This document shows positions 55,339 through 64,000 of a stretch of DNA of 64,000 nucleotides, piece after piece. Where the stretch lies: the NCBI GenBank assembly GCA_046484285.1, contig JAWOBP010000088.1:726-64725 (forward strand). Reading direction: 5' to 3'. Each line of letters begins with the position of its first letter. The first letter of the stretch is position 1. The stretch is from Polyangia bacterium. GTDB taxonomy: Bacteria; Myxococcota_A; Polyangia; JAAYKL01. Position numbers and translations under genes: made by a program. The notes below the pieces were generated by a model that had not been told where the DNA came from, did no database searches, and was given only the letters and a program-made list of their open reading frames with translations.

Positions 55339-56238
55339 ATGAGCCGCTGGGTGCCTTGCGTCGTCGTCGCGCTTTCGGTCGCATGCGCCTCTTCGACCTT
55401 GGATACGGGGAGCGAAGACGACGACGACACCGGAGCCTCGACGGACGCCGACGTCGATTCCGACGCGGATGCGGACGGGGACAGCGACGCCGACTCGGAT
55501 TCGGACACGGATTCCGACAGCGACGCCGACTCCGATTCCGATACGGACGCGGACACCGATTCCGACGCGGAGATCGACTGCATCTACGAGTGCCTGCCGC
55601 CCGCTCAATGCCAGGGTCCGCAAGACGCGATCCACGAGAGCATGAGCTGCGATCAGCAAGGAGACGTCTGCTGCGAGACGGGCGGGGACGCCGATGTCGA
55701 CACCGACACCGATGCGGACACCGACACCGATGCGGACACCGACACCGACACCGACACCAGCCCGTGCAGCCTCTCGGTCGAGGAGTCGTTCGATTCGTCG
55801 TCGCTGCCCGGCGGCTGGGTGGTCGACAACTACGACGGAGACGGATATCAGTATACCTGGACTTGGAGCAACACGAGCAACACGACCGGCGGGAGCGGCG
55901 GGTACTGGTGGGTGGACTCCACTCCCTACCACGAGGATTTCGACGATCGGCTGCTGACGGCCGAGTACGATCTCGGAGATTGCTCGTCGGTGACGCTCTC
56001 TTACAACCACGATTACAGCGACTACGACGTTGACGATTTCGGCTACGTCGATATCCAGGTGGACCAGGGCGGCTGGCAGACCGTGCAGGTCTACGACAGC
56101 TCCCAGGACGGCTTCGCCAGCCACCAGGTCGATTCCTACCTGGGCTCGGGAACCAGCTTCCGCTTTCGCTTCAGGTACGTGGGAAACTACGACTACTACT
56201 GGAAGCTCGACGACGTGCAGGTGACCGGGGAGCTCTGA
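55339..56238 (+). CDS. lipoprotein with two Asp-rich linkers, a Cys-rich knot and a C-terminal beta-sandwich (MAM / choice-of-anchor-J-like) domain
   Basis: Lipobox ALSVACAS. Asp-rich repeats lie at 55441-55569 and 55687-55758. The C-terminal segment FRFRFRYVGNYDYYWKLDDVQVTG is typical of such sandwich domains. The family call is tentative. Confidence 0.7.
   Translation: MSRWVPCVVVALSVACASSTLDTGSEDDDDTGASTDADVDSDADADGDSDADSDSDTDSDSDADSDSDTDADTDSDAEIDCIYECLPPAQCQGPQDAIHESMSCDQQGDVCCETGGDADVDTDTDADTDTDADTDTDTDTSPCSLSVEESFDSSSLPGGWVVDNYDGDGYQYTWTWSNTSNTTGGSGGYWWVDSTPYHEDFDDRLLTAEYDLGDCSSVTLSYNHDYSDYDVDDFGYVDIQVDQGGWQTVQVYDSSQDGFASHQVDSYLGSGTSFRFRFRYVGNYDYYWKLDDVQVTGEL
55441..55569. repeat. imperfect 6/12-nt tandem repeats encoding an (Asp-Ser/Asp-Ala)n linker
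   Basis: Periodic gac/gat-containing hexamers. A second block lies at 55687-55758. Confidence 0.85.
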
Positions 56239-56905
56239 TCGCCTGTTTCTTTCGATTCTTGCGGGCTTCTTCGGCGATTCGTCCGCGGCTGGCGGCCCAG
56301 GAGCAGATCGGGCAGCGCGTCAGGTCGTGGCCGCGGGCCGGGCAGTGCTCGCGTCCGAAGTAGATGATCTGGAGGTGGCGATCGCGCCAGCTCTCCGGCG
56401 GCCAGAGTTTTTTCAGATCGCGTTCGGTGCGCAGCGGCGACTCGCCTCGCGACAGCCCCCAGCGGGCGGCCAGGCGGTGGATGTGCGTGTCGACCGGGAA
56501 GGCCGGCAGACCGAACGCCTGGGAGAGCACCACTCCGGCGGTCTTGTGCCCCACGCCGGGCAGCGCCTCCAACTCGTCGAAGGTACGCGGCACCTCGCCG
56601 CCGTGGTCGCGGGTCAGGATTTCGGAAAGAGCGCTGATCGCCCTGCTCTTGGACGATGCCAGCCCGCAGGGCCGGATCGTGATTTCGATCTTCTCGCGGG
56701 GCAGCCGCGCCATCTCCTCGGGGGTCGAGGCGAGTGCGAACAGCCGCGGCGCGGTCTCGTTGACCCGCTTGTCGGTGCACTGCGCCGAGAGCACGGTCGC
56801 GACCAGCAGCGTGTACGGATCGCGGTGCCCGAGCGGAACGCCGGGGCGCGGGTAGAGCTCGTCCAGAATCGCGGCGATGCGCCGCGCCTTTTCCTTGCGA
56901 GTCAC
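56171..56905 (-). CDS. nth: endonuclease III-family HhH-GPD DNA glycosylase/lyase
   Basis: The HhH-GPD motif is LPGVGHKTAGVVLSQAFG.PAFPVDTHIHRL, with the catalytic Lys and Asp present. A C-terminal Cys region is present. The 3' 68 nt overlap the convergent lipoprotein gene. Confidence 0.85.
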   Translation of the reverse strand: MTRKEKARRIAAILDELYPRPGVPLGHRDPYTLLVATVLSAQCTDKRVNETAPRLFALASTPEEMARLPREKIEITIRPCGLASSKSRAISALSEILTRDHGGEVPRTFDELEALPGVGHKTAGVVLSQAFGLPAFPVDTHIHRLAARWGLSRGESPLRTERDLKKLWPPESWRDRHLQIIYFGREHCPARGHDLTRCPICSWAASRGRIAEEARKNRKKQAIRAPRSPARRRASSSSRSFPRT

Positions 56906-57074
56906 GCCGCCAGCATAGCATCAACGTTCATCTATTTGGCTCACTGATTCGGAGGCTGGGGAACAGGCTGGACAAAGGGCGGGGCACTTGCCTTTCGGCG
57001 TTGGGCGGACTAGCTTGTGTGCGGCCCGCCGGAGGCGGGCGAGGAGAGGGAAGCAAAGCGACGGACGAGACGCG

Positions 57075-60052
<2,978 letters not shown>

Positions 60053-60074
<22 letters not shown>

Positions 60075-61264
60075 TCGGGGCTCTGTTGCTGGCGGTCGGG
60101 TGTGGAGGCGCTCCCGGTCCCGATCTCTCGACACGGCTCGAAGCCGATCGGGCCTCCCCGCGCGAGGAAGGGCCTCTTCGCGCCGAGCATTACGGGGGAG
60201 CGGCGCCCGCGGTCGATTTGCGATCCCGAGAGCAGGATCTGTGGAGCGAGCTGGCCGGCGAGAGCGACGGCTGCAGCTGCATGATCGATCCGCGCCTGGT
60301 GCTGGCGGCGCGGCTACATGCCGATGATCTCTCCGCACGCGACGGCGGCCCCCGCCGCGGCGATATCGATCACCTCCGCTTTCAGCTCGAGACGGTGGGC
60401 GGCACCGATTATGGTGTGCAGTCGTTCGTCGCTTCGCCGGATGCCGAGGGCCGGGCCGCGCTGGAGCGATTCGTCGCCAAGCGCGGTGGAGAATGGACGC
60501 ACTGCGGAGTCGGCGCTGCGGCCGGTACGAGCGACGCGGTGGTCGTCTGGATCGGAGTCAGGCGCCTGCTCGAGCTCGATCCGATCCCGGTCCGGAGCCG
60601 GGTCGGCGCCAGGCTGCGGGTCGGCGGTGGCGTGCTGGTCGACGAGCCGCGGCGGTTGCTGGCCTACCAGGGGCTGCCCGACGGAAGCGTGCGCCGCCTG
60701 GCGGTCGAGGGCTCCCGGCGACTGGAGGTGACGGTCGAGCTCGACCGCGGAGGGCGGCACGACCTGGAGATCCTGCTCGATGTCGGGCGGGGACCCGAGG
60801 TCGCGGCGCTGTTGCACCTCTACGCCGGCGTGGAGCCGGCGGTGCGTCCGGTCGTTACGCCGGATCTGGGCGCGGGGGACGGCGATCTCGCTTTGGACGA
60901 GCGGTTGGCCTCGATGCTGACCGCCGCGCGCCGCAGGTCGGGGCTGCGTCCCCTGCGTCGCGATCCGCGCCTGGACGAGATCGCCTGCGAGCACTGCGAG
61001 GCGATGACACAGCTGGGTTTCTTCGGCCACGTGGGACCTCGAGGTGACGATCTGGCCGCCCGCCTGCGGTCGCACGACCTGCTGCCGCAAAGAAGCGCGG
61101 AGAACATCGCGCGTAGCTCCAGCGTGGCGCGGGCCCACCGCAACCTGATGGCGAGCCCCTCGCATCGTATGCACGTGCTCGACCGGAGCTTCACGCACGT
61201 GGGCATCGGCGTGGCTCGCGACGGTGACGAGGTGGTGGTCACCCAGGTTTTCGCCCGCTGGTGA
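60053..61264 (+). CDS. lipoprotein with C-terminal CAP/SCP (YkwD-like) domain
   Basis: Lipobox LLLAVGCGG follows a GTG at 60053, so the start is uncertain and overlaps the secA end by 22 nt. The C-terminal CAP pattern is HCEAM...FFGH......RL.....AENIA......AH..LM.SP.HR..VL...FTHVGIGV. Confidence 0.7.
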
Positions 61265-62459
61265 CGGCGCTCCTGCAATCGGCGCAGAGGGTCGGCTCGG
61301 CCCAGCTTCCGAGCTTGACGAGCAACTGGTGCTCGCGGGTCCATGTGATTGGCCTGCCGCAGCGCCGGCAGGCCAGCTCGCGCGTCTCGGCCTGCTGCAG
61401 AAATGCCTGGCAGTCGTCGCACATCCGCTTGGGCGGGCTGTCCCCGCGGCCCTTGCGCACGGCGGCGAGCTGGCTTTCGGGTCTCCAGGTCCAGCTGCCT
61501 TCGCAGCCCTCGTACTTGCAGGGGACCTGGCGGGGTTCCAGTGATCGGATCTGGTCGGCGCACTCGGTGCACATCCGCCGCGGCGGATCGCTGCGGCCCT
61601 GCGCCGCGGCCTCGAGCTGCATGCCGCGCTTCCAGACCCAGGTGTTCCTGCATCCGGCGATGCGGCATTCGACCTCGATGTCGCGATACTCCAGGTAGCG
61701 TCCGTGACACTGCTCGCACATCCTCGCTGGCGGCTCTTCCTCGCCGGCGGCGTGCGCTTCGAGCTGGGCGAAGCGCGTCCATGTCCAGCTGTTCTCGCAG
61801 CCGCGCACCCGGCAGGGCACCTCCCGTTCCTCGAGCCGGGCGAAACGTTCGGAGCAGTCGGGGCACATCCGCTTTGGGGGATCGCCGCGGCCCTGTGCCG
61901 CCGCCTCGAGCTGGGCGAAACGCGTCCAGGTCCAGCTGCCCTCGCAACCGTGAATCCGGCAGGGCATCTCGCGCTGTTCGATCTGTACGAAGCGCTGGTA
62001 GCACTGCTCGCACATCCTGGCCGGAGGCCTGGCCTCGCCGGAACCGCCGTCGGCCTCGAGACGCTTGGCGCCCGACCACGTCCAGGTGTTCTTGCAGCCG
62101 CGTACGCGACACCGCACCTCGCGGCTCTCTATCTCACGGGCCTTTTCGCGGCAGTCGCGGCAGAGACGGTTACGCGGGGGATCGGTCGAGCCCCGCTCCA
62201 GCGCGGCCATGCGGGCGGCGCGCGTCCAGGTCCAGGTGTTGTCGCAACCTTCGGCGGCGCAAGGGACCTCCACGTCGTCCAGCCCCTTGTGGTCGGCGTA
62301 GCAGTCGGCGCACATCCGGCGCGGGTCGCCCTTCTTGCCGTCGCTGATCCAGCGCAGCTGGTCGATTCCCTCCCAGGTCCAGGTGTTCCGGCAGCCGGCC
62401 ACCCGGCAGGGCATCTGCTTGCTCTTCAGGTTGCTGAGCAACGATGCTTTCAGTGTCAC
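61239..62459 (-). CDS. tandem zinc-ribbon repeat protein (about 8 x about 48 aa units, Cx4C...Cx2C with GCxN[TS]WTW core)
   Basis: Seven clear repeats of the type (V/M)PCR..GC.N(T/S)WTW....QL.......PP.RMC..C, followed by one degenerate unit. The GTG start makes a GTGA overlap with the stop of the mtaB-like gene. Confidence 0.8.
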   Translation of the reverse strand: MTLKASLLSNLKSKQMPCRVAGCRNTWTWEGIDQLRWISDGKKGDPRRMCADCYADHKGLDDVEVPCAAEGCDNTWTWTRAARMAALERGSTDPPRNRLCRDCREKAREIESREVRCRVRGCKNTWTWSGAKRLEADGGSGEARPPARMCEQCYQRFVQIEQREMPCRIHGCEGSWTWTRFAQLEAAAQGRGDPPKRMCPDCSERFARLEEREVPCRVRGCENSWTWTRFAQLEAHAAGEEEPPARMCEQCHGRYLEYRDIEVECRIAGCRNTWVWKRGMQLEAAAQGRSDPPRRMCTECADQIRSLEPRQVPCKYEGCEGSWTWRPESQLAAVRKGRGDSPPKRMCDDCQAFLQQAETRELACRRCGRPITWTREHQLLVKLGSWAEPTLCADCRSAVTSGRKPG

Positions 62460-63745
62460 GGTGCGTTCTCCCTCTCGATCACGACAGCGCTGATCCTATC
62501 CCTTTCCCATCCCTGCTCCAACCTCGCCGCCAGCAACTCGCCGGGGGTTGCCGAGGCGCAGTGCACCGCGACCCGCACGTAGTCCTCGGACAGGCCGCTC
62601 GCGCCCCGCTCGTCACTCTGCTCTACCAGGATCTCCCGGCGGGTGCCGATCAGCCCCGCGCGAAACTCTCGCCCCAGCCGATCCGACAGCTCGCGCACGA
62701 CGCGCACCCGCCGGCGGGCCTCGCCGCGGGACGGAGTCGGGGCGTCGAGCCCGGCGGCGGGCGTGTCCGGTCGGGGCGAGTAGGGGAAGGCGTGCACGTA
62801 TGCGGGGCGCACGGTCTCGAGCACTTCGAGCGTGTGTTGCAAGGCACCGGCGCTCTCCCCCGGAAAGCCGAGCAGTACGTCGGTGCCGAGAGCCAGTCCG
62901 TCGACGTTGCGGCGAGCCGCTTCGACCAGGCGTACGAAGTCGCCGCCTCGGTATCCGCGTCTCATCAGCGCCAGGACCTCGTCGTCGCCGGACTGCAAGG
63001 GTAGGTGCAGGTGGGGGCAGATCCGGGGATGGCCGCCGACGACCTCCAGCAACCTCTCGTCGACGGCCCACGGCTCCAGCGAGCTGAAACGCACCCGGCC
63101 CGGTGCGAAGCGATCGGCCGCCAGCTCGACCAGCTCCGCCAGTGATCGTTTCGGTGTCAGGTCGCGTCCCCAGGCACCGATCTGCACTCCGGTCAGCACC
63201 AGCTCCCGGTATCCCGCCTCGGCGAAGAGGGCCGCCTCCTCTTCGACCAGCTCGGGCGGCAGCGATCGGGGAGCACCGCGCGCGCGGGGCACGATGCAGT
63301 AGGCGCAGCCGTGATCGCAGCCGCTCTGCACCTTGAGCAACGGACGCGCGCGACCGAAAAAGGCCGGTCGCGGTGGTGCCGCGGGCGTGCTTCCTCCGGC
63401 CAGCTCGTTGATCCAGCCGGCCAGCTCGAGCGGATCCACGTCTCCGCCTCCCCGCCGTTCGACGCGGTTTCCCAGCTTCCATGCCGAGTCGCGTCCGGCC
63501 GAGACAGCGCACCCGGTCAACACCACGCGCGCTCCGGGATAGCGACGCAGAGCCCGGCGCGCCAGCTTGCGGCAATCGCGCTCCGCCTCGGCGGTGACGC
63601 AGCAGGTGTTGATCACAACCAGGTCGCAGTCGTCTTCGTTTTTCGATAGGAGAACCGCCGCGCCGTCGAGATACCGAGCCAGGCGCGCGCTGTCCGCCTG
63701 GTTGGCGCGACAGCCGACGGTCCATATCGTCACTTTCAGCGGCAT
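62456..63745 (-). CDS. mtaB: radical-SAM methylthiotransferase, MtaB-like
   Basis: The N-terminal UPF0004 Cys triad comprises [17 protein letters not shown] and TGC. The radical-SAM motif is [10 protein letters not shown]-terminal TRAM-like region is present. The ATG at 63745 is internal to the track ORF. Confidence 0.75.
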   Translation of the reverse strand: MPLKVTIWTVGCRANQADSARLARYLDGAAVLLSKNEDDCDLVVINTCCVTAEAERDCRKLARRALRRYPGARVVLTGCAVSAGRDSAWKLGNRVERRGGGDVDPLELAGWINELAGGSTPAAPPRPAFFGRARPLLKVQSGCDHGCAYCIVPRARGAPRSLPPELVEEEAALFAEAGYRELVLTGVQIGAWGRDLTPKRSLAELVELAADRFAPGRVRFSSLEPWAVDERLLEVVGGHPRICPHLHLPLQSGDDEVLALMRRGYRGGDFVRLVEAARRNVDGLALGTDVLLGFPGESAGALQHTLEVLETVRPAYVHAFPYSPRPDTPAAGLDAPTPSRGEARRRVRVVRELSDRLGREFRAGLIGTRREILVEQSDERGASGLSEDYVRVAVHCASATPGELLAARLEQGWERDRISAVVIERENAP

Positions 63746-63882
63746 CGCCAGAGTCTCCCGGCGGCGACTGTTCCGTCCGCCGCCGCCGAGCCGCGAATAC
63801 GTTGACAGACGTGCGGGCCGATGACAATCATGGTTCGAGTTTTGGCCAATACGAAAGAGCGCAAACACGGAAGGGACCACAG

Positions 63883-64000
63883 ATGGCGGACAAGCTGATC
63901 AACGTGACCGACGCCAATTTCGCCAGCGAGGTGGAGCAGTCCGGCACGCCGGTGCTGGTCGATTTCGGAGCGACCTGGTGCGGGCCGTGCAAGGGGCTGG
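63883..64000 (+). CDS. trxA: thioredoxin (N-terminal part; continues past the window)
   Basis: [39 protein letters not shown] contains the WCGPC active site. Confidence 0.9.
   Translation, partial: MADKLINVTDANFASEVEQSGTPVLVDFGATWCGPCKGL

Noticed and set aside
56988-57074. N-terminal extension of secA in the track ORF (MPFGVGRTSLCAARRRRARR...), and the similar 5' extension of 59690..61264.
   Set aside because: The canonical SecA N-terminus MINILKKIVG begins at ATG 57075. For the downstream gene the lipoprotein signal peptide begins at 60053, and the upstream part merely overlaps secA out of frame.

Overview
This is a high-GC bacterial chromosomal segment, about two-thirds G+C by eye. Its gene content looks Myxococcota-like: many lipoproteins with Asp-rich repeat linkers, a DNDCDG-type Cys motif, a MYXO-CTERM-like tail, FHA and sigma-54 regulators, and 7TM hybrid kinases. 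I call about 58 protein genes and one tRNA. All calls come from reading the translations and the DNA by eye; no searches were run.

Housekeeping genes I recognise are ruvB, ruvA, rpoH, metK, murA, hcp, nth, secA, mtaB and trxA (partial).

Other content:
- a tRNA-Sec (selC-type) at 14314-14408
- a higBA toxin-antitoxin pair
- an MlaE/F/D-like operon whose ATPase looks catalytically dead
- a histidine kinase plus NtrC-type regulator next to a sigma-54 promoter that drives a small 4-Cys protein and Trk/Ktr K+ uptake genes
- two TetR regulators, one with a cupin and one with an RND efflux pair
- five lipoproteins with (Asp-X)n repeats encoded by short DNA tandem repeats

The best candidate for a novel system is the four-gene overlapping operon at 23287-28715. 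It has a kleisin-like protein, a small winged-helix-like protein, a 923-aa SMC-like ATPase and a 286-aa Toprim protein. The layout matches Wadjet (JetABCD) / MksFEBG, but it is compact and divergent and appears lower in GC than its flanks.

Two further candidates are:
- a tightly coupled five-gene module at 33382-37014 with an FHA protein and a VirB11/CpaF-type ATPase, but no platform, secretin or pilin genes
- a protein at 61239-62459 made of about 8 tandem zinc-ribbon repeats and translationally coupled to mtaB

Many long ORFs in the track are antisense or out-of-frame shadows typical of high-GC DNA, and I rejected them.
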